DNA of 64,000 nt from Candidatus Bathyarchaeota archaeon (GCA_963775465.1 CAVZIW010000001.1:64001-128000), one strand, 5' to 3'; positions 11,685 to 22,647 are shown, numbered from the stretch's first letter. Translations and numbers: made by a program. Notes: generated by a model from the letters alone, not told the origin.

Positions 11685-12047
11685 AGTTGTTAAAAAAGAA
11701 AATGCTTTGTTTTTTACTAATAAAAGATTTCTTGGTTCATTTATAGAAATCTTGTCAAATGGTGCTTTATTTTTAAATTGAAGCAAGTCTAAAGAGGGTT
11801 CTCAACTTTAATTATCTGTGGGGTTGGTTTTTATAGATAAGATAACCGGATCCTTCTTGCATGGCCAACATGTGTACTCTACGAACTGACTCTATTTTCA
11901 TCGGTGAAGAATGGAGATAGATGAATTATGATGAAAAATTATGGTGACAATTATGTTGCATGTTGTTGTATACTAGCAGTCACATCTGGTTATTAATTAG
12001 TTGACATCTAATATGAAACAGTAATTTGCTTAGAGGAGAAGGCTAAC

Positions 12048-12737
12048 TTGTTAAAAGAAACAATCGCGAATACAGAAGTTGTTATAGCAGCGCTCAACGA
12101 AGAGACTGGCATAGGTATAACTATTGACGAAATATCAAAATATTTACTTGCTGACCGTGTACTAGTTGTCGACGGTCGAAGTATAGACAGAACAATCGAG
12201 GTCGCAAAAGATCGGGGTGCAGGGATTCTTTTCCAAAGTGGTTTGGGTAAGGGCGATGCTATTCTTGCAGGGATAAAGACTCTTCGATCTCAAACTGAAT
12301 ACGTTGTATTTACCGATGCTGACTATACTTATCCGGCTGAATACGTTCCAAGTATGTTGGAATTGCTAGAGCAGAATCCAGAGGTCGGTATGGTTTGTGG
12401 AAATCGATTAAGTGGAGATGTAAATGGAAAAGCTTTGCTCACTCGCTTCTATTTTGGAAATAAACTGCTTTCGTTTGCTCACAACTTGTTGAACGGTGTG
12501 GACCTTCAAGACCCCTTGACAGGTTTAAGGGTCATTAGAGCAGACATCCTGAGGAAATGGAATGTTAAATCAAAAGGTTTCGATATAGAAGTAGAACTAA
12601 ATAGCCTAGTACAAAGGCAAGGCTACCTAACAGTCGAAATTCCGATTGAATATCGTGAAAGAATAGGTGAAAAAAAGCTGAAAATGAAAGATGGCGCAAC
12701 TATTCTCAAAAGAATCCTTTTGGAAACAATTAATTAG
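12048..12737 (+). CDS. Glycosyltransferase family 2 (DPM1-like)
   Basis: IAALNEE, VVDGRSIDRT, GKG, DADYTYP, GFDIEVE, YRERIGEKKL. Confidence 0.92.
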   Translation: MLKETIANTEVVIAALNEETGIGITIDEISKYLLADRVLVVDGRSIDRTIEVAKDRGAGILFQSGLGKGDAILAGIKTLRSQTEYVVFTDADYTYPAEYVPSMLELLEQNPEVGMVCGNRLSGDVNGKALLTRFYFGNKLLSFAHNLLNGVDLQDPLTGLRVIRADILRKWNVKSKGFDIEVELNSLVQRQGYLTVEIPIEYRERIGEKKLKMKDGATILKRILLETIN

Positions 12738-12945
12738 AATTCAGCAGTTCTCAATTTCTTTTGGTTCATCTGTTTTTTGCTGCGGTTAACGTAGTTTATT
12801 TTTTCTTCTTTTTATGCTTCTCTCGAAATTTAAGAGCTGTAAAAAAAGTAAATGTTTTATTTAGCGAAATGCCGTAGTCGCGCTCTATAATTATTTCTCG
12901 AAAGAGCGCCTACTTTTGGGGTATACCGCTTTATCAGTAATTTGG

Positions 12946-14133
12946 TTACCATAAGATTGCTTTTCGATTGGCAAATTCTTTGCTGACTTTTTCGAGTTCT
13001 TCGGGTATTTGGATTTTTTGTGGGCATTTCATTATGCATGTTCCGCATTTAACGCAGAGTTTAGCGTTTCCGTTGGGATTTTTGTTATTCACATTGGTTT
13101 TTTTGTTTTGAAGTTTTCTGTATGTTCTTCGAGTCATTATTCGTCTAAAACGATTTTTTTCTAGTGTAACGTTGTTTAAGCATGCAAAGTTTTGGGGTAT
13201 GTTGACTCCTTGTGGGCAAGGCATACAATAATTGCATGCTGTGCAAGGAACGGCGATTTTTTTTCTGAATTCTTCTGTGAGTTTTTCGATTACGTTTGTT
13301 TCTGATTTTGTTAAAGAATTTATTCCAGAGTTGTCTGCACTTTCGCAATTTTCCTTGATCATTTCTTTTGAGTTCATTCCGCTTAAAACAACAGCGACTT
13401 CTGGTTTGTTCCAAAGAAACTGTAATGCCCAATCTACGGGGGTTCTTTTTTTGTCTGCCGAATTTATTATGTTTAGTGCTTCTTGTGGAGGATTAACTAA
13501 GGTTCCTCCTTTTAGGGGTTCCATTACAACAACTGCAATCCCTTTGCTGGCAGCATAGGATAATCCATCTGTTGTTGCTTGAACACCCGTGTCCATGTAG
13601 TTGTACTGGATCTGTGTTATGTCCCATGGGTAGTAGTCAACTATTTCTTTGTATACGGGAAGTGTATCGTGGAATGAAAAACCGATATTATCAATTAGTC
13701 CTTCTTTTTTTGCGTTTTCCATTTTGTTAATTAGCCCGAGTTTTTTAATTTTGTTGAATTGACCCTGATCTACTGCGTGGAATAAGTAAGCATCTATATG
13801 GTCTGTTTGGAGTCTTTTCATCTGAGTTTTTAGATAACTATTAAAATGCCCAGCGTTAGTTACCATAAACATTGGCAGCTTGGTTACTAGGTGAACTCGT
13901 TCTCTGTAACCGTCTTTTAATGCTTTTCCCAGTATTTTTTCGCTATCGCCAAGATGGTAAGGCCAAGCGGTATCTATGTAGTTGATGCCTAAGTCAATTC
14001 CGTAGCGGATTAATTGGATTGATTTGTCGATTTCAGCTCTTAGTCTGTTGAGTTTTCTTGGAGGCAACCTCATGCATCCAAATCCAAGTGCTGAAACCTC
14101 CCAGTTTAAAGATCCCATTTTACGGTATTTCAA
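12946..14133 (-). CDS. Aldo/keto reductase with C-terminal 4Fe-4S domain
   Basis: LGFGCMRLP, YIDTAWPYH, MEPLKGG, CTACNYCMPCP and CVKCGTCIMKCPQ. Confidence 0.93.
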   Translation of the reverse strand: MKYRKMGSLNWEVSALGFGCMRLPPRKLNRLRAEIDKSIQLIRYGIDLGINYIDTAWPYHLGDSEKILGKALKDGYRERVHLVTKLPMFMVTNAGHFNSYLKTQMKRLQTDHIDAYLFHAVDQGQFNKIKKLGLINKMENAKKEGLIDNIGFSFHDTLPVYKEIVDYYPWDITQIQYNYMDTGVQATTDGLSYAASKGIAVVVMEPLKGGTLVNPPQEALNIINSADKKRTPVDWALQFLWNKPEVAVVLSGMNSKEMIKENCESADNSGINSLTKSETNVIEKLTEEFRKKIAVPCTACNYCMPCPQGVNIPQNFACLNNVTLEKNRFRRIMTRRTYRKLQNKKTNVNNKNPNGNAKLCVKCGTCIMKCPQKIQIPEELEKVSKEFANRKAILW

Positions 14134-14376
14134 TTGTTAACCATCTTTTCAGTGATGTTTTATATCTCTATATTTAACGTAATGGACGTTTTCAAAGAAA
14201 ACTATGGAGTTAGACTAATGGATTGCTTTTTATTATAGTTGATAACCGCTCGCAAATCCTTGAAAATTAGCAAAGCTCACTTACTAATTGGAGTTGTAGT
14301 AGAGATAATTGCTAAAATAGAAAATAATTAAATAGATAGATAACTGAAACTTTAGTAAAAGTCCAAGGTTTTTTTT

Positions 14377-15240
14377 ATGACAGAAAATTCTGATGAAAAT
14401 AATATTTCATCTTACGTTCCAGTAACCAATCACGTTTTCTCCTTGTCCGAGTCTTTAGCGCTAAAAATCTATTCCGACAACACTCCAAAAAACATGAAAA
14501 TTGCTGACTTACAAAAAGGATTGATTCTTCTATGTAACGGAATTGATGTTGTTGGGGAAGGAACAGGATTTGGATTTCCGATTGCTAAATACTCTGATGA
14601 AACAGTTTTTCCTGGTTCATCTTTTCTGTACATTCGCAATATGGGGAGCATGCTTGAAATAAGAAAAGAATTTCTTATGAATATGGTTGCTCGAGATAGA
14701 ATCCGACACCTGAACCTGGAGAATCCGCGAGTCAGGGATGTATTTGATTATGTTTCTGAACTCTACCAAAGCCATGATTATCTTGCCCAATCAATTTTAT
14801 CAATTAAAGCACTACTTTTCAGGCTGGGAGTACAATCAAGCTTCAAGCTAAGTCCAAACAGGGGGCGTGTAGTTGTTGATTATAAAATTGGTAAAAACCA
14901 AGTATTGGTTAAACTGGCCTTTGGGCAGCTACAGCGAGCGAACCTTAGCAAAGTATTTGTGCTAAATGAGCAAGGGGCGCATTTCTTTAGTACTTACAAT
15001 GATTCAGAGGGCTTAAAGTTAGTAGATAAAGACATTGGCGCTTGGAAGAATGTAACGGCAAATTCAGCAAGAATCTCTGACTCAGAAAACAAAATTGGTT
15101 TTGGCCTTAAAAATATGAAGGGATGTATCTTGCGACGGGGAAGAGAACGAATGAAAGAATCCTTGAATTGGATTGGTTTAGATTATGAACTTGACCCAAA
15201 ATCGTATCTGTTCGAATATGAAATTGATCTTTTTGGATGA
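14377..15240 (+). CDS. Hypothetical protein, probably co-transcribed with the radical SAM gene
   Basis: 287-aa ORF ending 7 bp before the next gene. Confidence 0.8.
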   Translation: MTENSDENNISSYVPVTNHVFSLSESLALKIYSDNTPKNMKIADLQKGLILLCNGIDVVGEGTGFGFPIAKYSDETVFPGSSFLYIRNMGSMLEIRKEFLMNMVARDRIRHLNLENPRVRDVFDYVSELYQSHDYLAQSILSIKALLFRLGVQSSFKLSPNRGRVVVDYKIGKNQVLVKLAFGQLQRANLSKVFVLNEQGAHFFSTYNDSEGLKLVDKDIGAWKNVTANSARISDSENKIGFGLKNMKGCILRRGRERMKESLNWIGLDYELDPKSYLFEYEIDLFG

Positions 15241-15247
15241 ATTTTAG

Positions 15248-16612
15248 ATGACAATTTTAACTTTGGTCTATCCATACTTTCATCCTCGTATCGATACGTC
15301 TATGTTTAGATTCCCTCCGTTAGGATTGGGTTATATAGCAGCGTACCTGAGACAACATGGTATTTCTGTAGAAATTGTTGATTGCACTTTTATGGCGCAA
15401 GAGGCATCGATTAGAAAAATCATCAATTCGAAGCCAAGAATTATTGGGCTTCAAGCTATGTATTCGATGAAAGAGAAGTCGCTTGAACTAGCTGAACTTC
15501 TGAGGGATTATTGCGAGCTTCTGGTCGTTGGAGGTGCTCTTCCTACTACGGATCCTGAGTCGTTTCTTGGTGCTTTCGATATTGCAGTAGTTGGAGAAGG
15601 AGAACAGACTATGCTTGAACTCGTTAACCAATTTGTGAACGGGGGTGATTTATCTGGCATTAAGGGAATTGTGTATAGGGAAAAAACCTCTGGTAAAATT
15701 AAACGAACTTCGCAGCGTGGTTTGAGTGCAGATCTAAACTTTTTTCCTAATCCGTCAAGAGAGTTGTTTGATAATGAGGCTTATAAGAAATTCTTTTCTA
15801 AAAAATTTGGCTATACTACTACGGCAATTATGACTTCAAGAGGGTGTCCGTTTTCTTGCGATTTCTGTAGCAAACCTGTTTTTGGTAGTAATTTTAGAGC
15901 AAGATCAGCTTCTAAAGTTGTGGATGAAATTGAAGAAGTTATTTCTTTAGGTTACAGCAGAGTGTGGTTTGCTGATGATTGTTTTACTTTGGATCGTAAT
16001 CGTCTGCATGGAATATGTGATGAGATTATTAGACGTGGGTTGAAAATAAGTTGGGAATGTCTTTCAAGGGTGGATACGCTCAGTTCAGAGACTGTAGCCC
16101 TTATGAAGTTAGCTGGGTGTGTTAGAATGTTCTTTGGAGTTGAATCTGGAAACGACTCTATTTTGGAGTTAATGAATAAACAAATAACAATCAAACAAGT
16201 TGTTGAAGCTCTTCAATTGTGTAAAATCAGTGGAATTAAGGCTGGAGCTTTTTTTATAGTTGGGTACCCTGGGGAAAATGATAAAACTGTTTTGCAGACC
16301 ATAAAATTTGCATCTTCGCTTCCGCTGGATTATCTTTCGTTTACTATGCCTTACCCCATTCCTGGGACACCTCTTTTTGAGAGATTAGTTGGAGATATGG
16401 TTTGTGATGAATGGGCAGAGCCAAAAAACCTTAACTTAGTTAAGCATAAACTGCTTTTCGCCTCGGATTTATCTGAGAGGAAACTAAAATTTGCAATAGT
16501 TAAAGGCATGGCTCAGTTTTATTTTCAAAAATATTTGGGGAGAAATGGGTACAAGCTGCTTGGAAGGCCTTTTGAGAATGTTACGGATTCAATTTACAAT
16601 CTACTTCACTGA
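15248..16612 (+). CDS. Cobalamin-binding radical SAM protein
   Basis: PPLGLGYIAAYL B12-binding N-terminus, GEGE, TSRGCPFSCDFC, FADDCF, GVESG, PIPGTPL. Confidence 0.93.
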   Translation: MTILTLVYPYFHPRIDTSMFRFPPLGLGYIAAYLRQHGISVEIVDCTFMAQEASIRKIINSKPRIIGLQAMYSMKEKSLELAELLRDYCELLVVGGALPTTDPESFLGAFDIAVVGEGEQTMLELVNQFVNGGDLSGIKGIVYREKTSGKIKRTSQRGLSADLNFFPNPSRELFDNEAYKKFFSKKFGYTTTAIMTSRGCPFSCDFCSKPVFGSNFRARSASKVVDEIEEVISLGYSRVWFADDCFTLDRNRLHGICDEIIRRGLKISWECLSRVDTLSSETVALMKLAGCVRMFFGVESGNDSILELMNKQITIKQVVEALQLCKISGIKAGAFFIVGYPGENDKTVLQTIKFASSLPLDYLSFTMPYPIPGTPLFERLVGDMVCDEWAEPKNLNLVKHKLLFASDLSERKLKFAIVKGMAQFYFQKYLGRNGYKLLGRPFENVTDSIYNLLH

Positions 16613-16650
16613 TTGATTGACCTTCCTTAACCTAAAAGATTATGTAACTT

Positions 16651-16785
16651 TCATTTTTTGATAAAAAAACTGTTGTCAGTCCATCTTTCGACTAGATCTT
16701 TTATATGAAAATGCATTATATGTATGTACGCTTTGATGGGATCCTGGTATATTTCTGATAAAATAGCATTGAAAAGAGTTTGCAT
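16651..16785 (-). CDS. Small hypothetical protein (44 aa), below cutoff
   Basis: AGGAG upstream; MQTLFNAILSEIYQDPIKAYIHIMHFHIKDLVERWTDNSFFIKK. Confidence 0.3.
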   Translation of the reverse strand: MQTLFNAILSEIYQDPIKAYIHIMHFHIKDLVERWTDNSFFIKK

Positions 16786-17584
16786 TTTCTCTTTTCTCCT
16801 AAGTTTATTCGGGGTCCTGTCAGGCTCCTAATTTCAACGATCAAAAATAATGCAAATTATTTCTTTATAGCTGATTTTTCGACGAGGTACTTTTATTTTT
16901 TTCTTCACTCATAGATTTGATGTTATTAATATAAGCTAAAGATTTTGATATATTTCGATTTTAGAAATATCCTATTTAAACTTAGAAAACAACTTTTGTT
17001 TGAGGAGAAAGGAGCGCTTCTCATAAAAAAAATTGAGGCAAATTTGTGGTCGAAAAAATCTTTAAAGAAATTTTAAACAGCAAAGACGGCGACTACATTT
17101 TTAAAGCAAAAGTACTTGCCGCAATGAAACCCAACGGTTGGTAAACTGATCACCTACTCAATTTTTAAGTTTCTAGGGTGTGCAAAATTGTAATGTATTG
17201 TCTATTTTGCGTTATTTTGTTTATCTGCTAGAACAACAAAACCTAAAAAATTCTTGTTGTTGTTCTTCCGACTTTTCAGTGCGTGAAGAGAGAGGTTTGG
17301 AGCTTGTTGCTGCAAATTTTTCCCCAAAATTTTTGCTTTTCTGCAAGATGTGGCTGATTTCATTTTGAGGCATGTTGTTTTTTAATCCTTGATCGGCAAG
17401 AACTCTGATTGATCTTAGAAGTCCATATCATGGATTTCCTTTGTTTTTTCTTTAAAGGCGGTTGATTTGTTGACCAAAAGCCCGCTTACTCTACTTTGAA
17501 TAGAGAACCCTAACTTAGTTGTTGTAGTGGCAAAACAGTCACATAACGTTTATTTTCCTAATTGAGACTAAATATTGGACTATT

Positions 17585-18580
17585 ATGTCTGACGTAATTT
17601 CTGTGAAGAATCTAGTTGAAGTATATAATGATGGCACAAAAGCTGTTGACGATATTTCATTCAATGTTAAGGAAGGCGAATTTTTTGGTTTTTTGGGTCC
17701 CAACGGTGCAGGCAAAAGCACGACTATCAAGATCTTAACAACTCTGCTTAGAAAAACTTCAGGGTCTGTTGAAATTGCTGGTTTCAACCTTGATTCAGCT
17801 GCATCGGATATCCGTAAGATTATCGGTGTTCAAAGCCAAGAGACCACTGTTGATGGAGACTTAACTGGTCGAGAAAACATTGAGTTGCAGGGACATTTTC
17901 ACCAGATGAAGAGTGAAAATATCAAAATACGAGTTGACGAACTCTTGGGTTTAGTAGGTCTCCAAGAAGCTGCTGAAAAACGCGCTAGAAACTATTCGGG
18001 TGGCATGAAAAAACGCCTTGACCTAGCCACTGCCCTTATTCATAAACCAAAACTTCTCTTTCTAGATGAACCAACCACGGGTTTGGATCCTCAGTCACGG
18101 GCAGCCATTTGGGGATATTTACAGAAACTAAACAAGGATGAAGGAATAACTATTTTCTTAACTACTCAGTACCTGGAAGAAGCAGATAAGTTATGCAAAA
18201 GACTTTCAATAATTGATTCGGGAAAAATAGTTGCAAGTGGCTCTCCAACTGAGCTAAAGCGGGAAATTGGCGCCGACTCCATTAGAATTTCTCTTGAGAA
18301 CTGTAAAAAAGACAGCTCTAGAGCCAAAGAAATAATCAAAACAATGACAGATGTTACCGATATAATGGAGTCAGAAGAATGTCTCACAGTTTACGCCAAG
18401 AACGCTGGTCTACTAATCGCTGATATCGTGCGGGCTTTAGATAGTAGTGATATTCGGCTTGCGTCAGTTACGTTTTCTTCGCCTTCGCTTGATGATGTTT
18501 TTATGAAGCATACTGGCAAGCGAATACGGACTGAGGAGCTCGTTAAAGCTCCCAGTAGAATGTTTGGAGGTCGACGTTAA
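17585..18580 (+). CDS. ABC exporter ATP-binding protein (DrrA-like)
   Basis: GPNGAGKST, YSGGM, LFLDEPTTGLDP, SLDDVF C-terminal motif. Confidence 0.95.
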   Translation: MSDVISVKNLVEVYNDGTKAVDDISFNVKEGEFFGFLGPNGAGKSTTIKILTTLLRKTSGSVEIAGFNLDSAASDIRKIIGVQSQETTVDGDLTGRENIELQGHFHQMKSENIKIRVDELLGLVGLQEAAEKRARNYSGGMKKRLDLATALIHKPKLLFLDEPTTGLDPQSRAAIWGYLQKLNKDEGITIFLTTQYLEEADKLCKRLSIIDSGKIVASGSPTELKREIGADSIRISLENCKKDSSRAKEIIKTMTDVTDIMESEECLTVYAKNAGLLIADIVRALDSSDIRLASVTFSSPSLDDVFMKHTGKRIRTEELVKAPSRMFGGRR

Positions 18581-18582
18581 AA

Positions 18583-19356
18583 ATGACTTTGCTTTCTGAT
18601 ACTCGTTACATCTTCGTAAGGTACATGACAAAGCTTATTCGCACGCCTATTTTGCTTTTCTTTTCGCTTTTCCAACCGCTTTTATTCCTCTTGTTATTTA
18701 CTCAGCTGCTGGGCAGGCTCGGAAATATTCCAGGCATATTGCCTGCAGGAGTAGGTTATTTGGAGTTTGCGACGGCGGGGATCTTGATGCAAAACGCTTT
18801 TGGAAGTGCTTTGCAGTCTGGAAATTCGATTGTGGCTGATATTGATTCGGGTTTTTTGCAGAAGATGCTTGTGACTCCTGTAAGTCGTCCTGCGATTCTT
18901 CTGGGTAGGTTAAGTAGTGATGCTTTTAGGGTGGTTGTTCAGACCGCGATCATTCTAGGTTTGGCTTATGCGTTGGGTGCTTATGTTACTACTGGTGTTA
19001 TCGGAATTTTGCTTATTTTCTTTACTTTGGCATTTTTTGGGCTTGCATGGTCAGGGATTTCTTTAGCCTTGGGTATGAAGACTCGAAGTTCCGAGACGGT
19101 TTTTGCTATAGGCGGTGTTATTACTTTTCCGTTGTTGTTTTTGAGTCCTGCTTTGTTTCCGATTAGTTTTCTGCCTGATTGGGTGCAGACTGTGTCAAAG
19201 TTTAATCCTGTAAGCTACGCAGTAGATGCAAGCCGAGCCCTAATGATCAATGGCTACGACTGGGCAACAATTCTTCCAGCTTGGGGAGTAATCGGGTTGG
19301 TTGCTCTAATAACTATGAGTGCAACTCTTTACCAATTCAGAAAAGTGGTCAGCTAA
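18583..19356 (+). CDS. ABC-2 type permease (DrrB-like)
   Basis: Multiple TM helices, GFLQKMLVTP, NPVSYAVDASR; adjacent to ATPase. Confidence 0.93.
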   Translation: MTLLSDTRYIFVRYMTKLIRTPILLFFSLFQPLLFLLLFTQLLGRLGNIPGILPAGVGYLEFATAGILMQNAFGSALQSGNSIVADIDSGFLQKMLVTPVSRPAILLGRLSSDAFRVVVQTAIILGLAYALGAYVTTGVIGILLIFFTLAFFGLAWSGISLALGMKTRSSETVFAIGGVITFPLLFLSPALFPISFLPDWVQTVSKFNPVSYAVDASRALMINGYDWATILPAWGVIGLVALITMSATLYQFRKVVS

Positions 19357-19360
19357 AACC

Positions 19361-19642
19361 CTATTTAATAGGGTACATGTGAGCATCAACATCGGCTGGC
19401 TTTTTTAGTTTCCTAATTTTAATTTCGATTAATTCAGGTTCAGTTGCGTCGAGTCCCTTTAGAGTTTTTGAAACCCCCATAACGATATTTCCGATTGTTT
19501 CTTGAACAAAGTTGTTGAGCGGAACTATGTTTCCGTCAATATACATGTCTGTTTCAAAATTTTTCTTAATAACCCGATGGCTTTCTTCCAAAAAATTCAC
19601 CAATAAATCTTTGTCCATGACAGATAAAAGAATATCGCCCAA
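19361..19642 (-). CDS. Small protein resembling the C-terminal extension of archaeal MobB
   Basis: IDGNIVPLNNFVQETIGNIVMGVSKTLKG pattern recognised from memory; true start probably downstream of 19642. Confidence 0.55.
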   Translation of the reverse strand: MGDILLSVMDKDLLVNFLEESHRVIKKNFETDMYIDGNIVPLNNFVQETIGNIVMGVSKTLKGLDATEPELIEIKIRKLKKPADVDAHMYPIK

Positions 19643-19758
19643 CCACAGTTAAGCTCTATATTTTTTTGGTTAAGTATATTTTCATATATTCTTTGGGAAC
19701 AAATCATGATTAAAACAAGCTGACTAATGTAACAACTAATATACCTAAATAGTTAATA

Positions 19759-21498
19759 GTGTCAGTCTTGAGCAAAAAATTCACTCTCGAAAGGAGCGGT
19801 ACCTTGCTTACTAAACTGTCGAATACACTCAATGGCCTATCCTCCAAAAAACCCTTAAAGTACACTCTCTACCTCTCAGCAATCATTATCTTTTTCGCTA
19901 TTATTCTCGTACCACCAATCATTGGTATTCTAACCAAAGCTGGTTCACTTCAAAATGTTTTTGATAATCCATCACTGATGAATACAGCTTTGAGTGCAAT
20001 AGCCGCCTCATTCATAATTGGTCTAATTGTTGCTGCTTTGGATTTGTTAGCAGGTGTTCCGTTAGCTTGGTTTATCACTCGAGGTAAATCTAGGTGGCTG
20101 ACCGTTTTAGATACTCTGGCCGACTTACCTTTTGTTGTACCAACCGCGGCATTAGGTTATTCTCTTTTACTATTTTGGAGTTCTAGTGGCGGAATATCCG
20201 ATTTATTTGGACACCCCTTTGTTTCGCCCGGCTGGCTACTTGTGATGTTTTTACATTTCACTTTTTCTTTTCCTGTCGTTGTTCGTGTTATTGTTGGTGC
20301 AATGCTTGATTACAAGATGGAATATGAACGGGCTTCTCGAACACTTGGAGCGCCGCCTTTGACGGCTTCAAGAACCGTAACTTTCCCAATAATAAAACCT
20401 TCCTTAATTGCCGCATATACTCTTGCTTTTGCCAGATCTCTCTCTGAGACTGGGGCCACCTTTATCGTAGCTGCAGGCTTATTCCTTAATGGTCCAGTTT
20501 TTATTCAGACAGTCAGTAACCAATTCAAAGAGGGCTCTATATCACAAGGAACTTATGAAGGCGCAACAGTTTTTGCAAGCATAATTTTGATTATTGTGTC
20601 ATTAGCTATCTTTGTCCTAATTCGAATTGTTGGTCAAAGGATGAAGTTGCCTTTTGGTCATGGTTTGTCTCACTTTGAAAAGAAGTTAAGCTATAAAAAA
20701 TCCGCTTGGACACGTAACGGGGTTGCCGTAGCCGTTTTTCTGGTAATTGTCTTAATTCCATCATTGTTTGTTTCACTGCCTGCTTTCCAAGCAATTGCAA
20801 CAGGTACAACTCTATTCGATGCTTTCACTGGCTCAGGAATTTGGGCAAGTTACTGGCAAAGCCTTGCGCTATCATACACGTTAGCCGCCGTAGTTACTGT
20901 ATTAGGTATAGCTTTGGGTTTACCGATGGCAATACTTATTTCTCGCAAAACTTTTGGCAAATTCCTCTCCTCGATCCTAGACACCCTGATAAACGTTCCA
21001 ATAATTGTCCCTTCAATTGCACTTGGAGTTTCCCTAAAGTTCTTCTGGTCAAACCTGCCGGGAATCCCCGAGTTTTTGCTCCTTGTGTTTGCCCATTTAG
21101 CCATTACTTACCCTTACTTTGTGAGGTCCATGTCAGCAGCCATGGAGAGGATAAGCATAGATATGGAAGAAGCAGCTAAAACTTTAGGGGCTAAGCCGTT
21201 CACGGTTTTCAAAACAATCGTTTTGCCTATAACCAAGTATTCTATACTATCTGGCGCAATCATTGTTTTTACTCGCAGTGTTAGTGAAACAGGAGCAACC
21301 TTGGCAGTGACTTCAAAACTTCAGACAGCTCCGGTTTTGATAGTCAACTGGGTTAACTCGGTTAGAGGAACCATATCACCGATAAGCGGCGTTACCGCAT
21401 TAAATGTGGGTTTAGCATGCGGTTTGCTTATTTTGTTTAGCTTCATCATTCTGTTGGTATTAAGGCTCTTAACCAGGAAAGGGAAATATTTAGAATGA
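19759..21498 (+). CDS. ABC importer permease with two fused TM modules (Fe3+/thiamine/molybdate class)
   Basis: Two EAA loops (YERASRTLGA, MEEAAKTLGA), two ARS/TRSxSETGAT motifs. Confidence 0.9.
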   Translation: MSVLSKKFTLERSGTLLTKLSNTLNGLSSKKPLKYTLYLSAIIIFFAIILVPPIIGILTKAGSLQNVFDNPSLMNTALSAIAASFIIGLIVAALDLLAGVPLAWFITRGKSRWLTVLDTLADLPFVVPTAALGYSLLLFWSSSGGISDLFGHPFVSPGWLLVMFLHFTFSFPVVVRVIVGAMLDYKMEYERASRTLGAPPLTASRTVTFPIIKPSLIAAYTLAFARSLSETGATFIVAAGLFLNGPVFIQTVSNQFKEGSISQGTYEGATVFASIILIIVSLAIFVLIRIVGQRMKLPFGHGLSHFEKKLSYKKSAWTRNGVAVAVFLVIVLIPSLFVSLPAFQAIATGTTLFDAFTGSGIWASYWQSLALSYTLAAVVTVLGIALGLPMAILISRKTFGKFLSSILDTLINVPIIVPSIALGVSLKFFWSNLPGIPEFLLLVFAHLAITYPYFVRSMSAAMERISIDMEEAAKTLGAKPFTVFKTIVLPITKYSILSGAIIVFTRSVSETGATLAVTSKLQTAPVLIVNWVNSVRGTISPISGVTALNVGLACGLLILFSFIILLVLRLLTRKGKYLE

Positions 21499-21543
21499 TA
21501 ACTCAAAAATCACTTAATCATATGAAAAAGGAGCAAACAGAAC

Positions 21544-22647
21544 ATGCCTGATATTCGAGTTGTAAATCTAACAAAGAAATATGGTACAGTATACGCTTTG
21601 AACAATGTCAGCTTGACTATTCATGACCAAGAATACTTTTCCCTCCTCGGACCCAGCGGATGCGGAAAAACTACACTATTGCGCTTGATCGCCGGACTTA
21701 TCGATCCAGATGAAGGAGAAATCTACATAGGCGATAAACGAGTCGATAAATCTCCGCCTGAAGACCGAGACATAGGCTTTGTTTTTCAAACTTTCGCTCT
21801 TTTTCCCCATATGACCGCTTGGAGCAATGTAATCTATGGACCTAAAGTAAAAAACTATGATGCAAAGCAGGCTGAAACAATTGGGCATGAAGTTCTCGAA
21901 CTTGTCAAACTTGATGAACGATTGAATGCATATCCAGGTGAACTTAGCGGTGGAATGATGCAGAGAATTGCAGTTGCTCGCGCATTAGCCGCAGGCGCAA
22001 AAACCCTTCTTTTGGATGAACCCTTAGGGCAGCTTGATGCAAAAGTACGCAACGAAATCCGATATGAGATTCGTAGAATGGCAAAAGATCTCAAGCTAAC
22101 TGCAATACATGTGACTCATGACCAAGCGGAAGCTATGTCTATTTCTGATCGAATTGCAGTCATGAAGAAGGGTAAAATCGTGCAGATTGGCTCTCCTCAG
22201 GAACTCTATATGCACCCTAATAGCTTGTTTGTTGCCCACTTCATTGGAGAATCCAACTTTTTAGAGGGTTATGTTACAAAGACAAAAGGCAAATTCTCTG
22301 AAATTGAGTTGCGTGAGGGATTAAAGATTCAAGCTTTAAATTCCAGGAGCATAAAGCAAGACGAAAGAGTAGTCCTAGCTATAAGACCTGAAACTTGTGA
22401 AATGAAGAAAGGCCAAATAGCGGCAAAAAACGGTTTAGTTGGTAAAGTTGAAAAAACAACTTTTGAAGGAACTATTATCCGTTATGAAATTAGGCTTCAC
22501 AACGGAGATAGATTTGTAATTAACCGTCCATCGCTTACGGAAGATTGGTTTGACATAGGCGAGGGGGTTACTATTACTTATCCTCTTGAGAAAGCGCATT
22601 TGTTTCAGTATCCTGAAGCTGGCTTATCGGAAGAAATCTCTGTTTAA
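21544..22647 (+). CDS. ABC importer ATP-binding protein (PotA/FbpC-like, TOBE domain)
   Basis: GPSGCGKTT, LSGGM, LLLDEP, HVTHDQAEA. Confidence 0.94.
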   Translation: MPDIRVVNLTKKYGTVYALNNVSLTIHDQEYFSLLGPSGCGKTTLLRLIAGLIDPDEGEIYIGDKRVDKSPPEDRDIGFVFQTFALFPHMTAWSNVIYGPKVKNYDAKQAETIGHEVLELVKLDERLNAYPGELSGGMMQRIAVARALAAGAKTLLLDEPLGQLDAKVRNEIRYEIRRMAKDLKLTAIHVTHDQAEAMSISDRIAVMKKGKIVQIGSPQELYMHPNSLFVAHFIGESNFLEGYVTKTKGKFSEIELREGLKIQALNSRSIKQDERVVLAIRPETCEMKKGQIAAKNGLVGKVEKTTFEGTIIRYEIRLHNGDRFVINRPSLTEDWFDIGEGVTITYPLEKAHLFQYPEAGLSEEISV

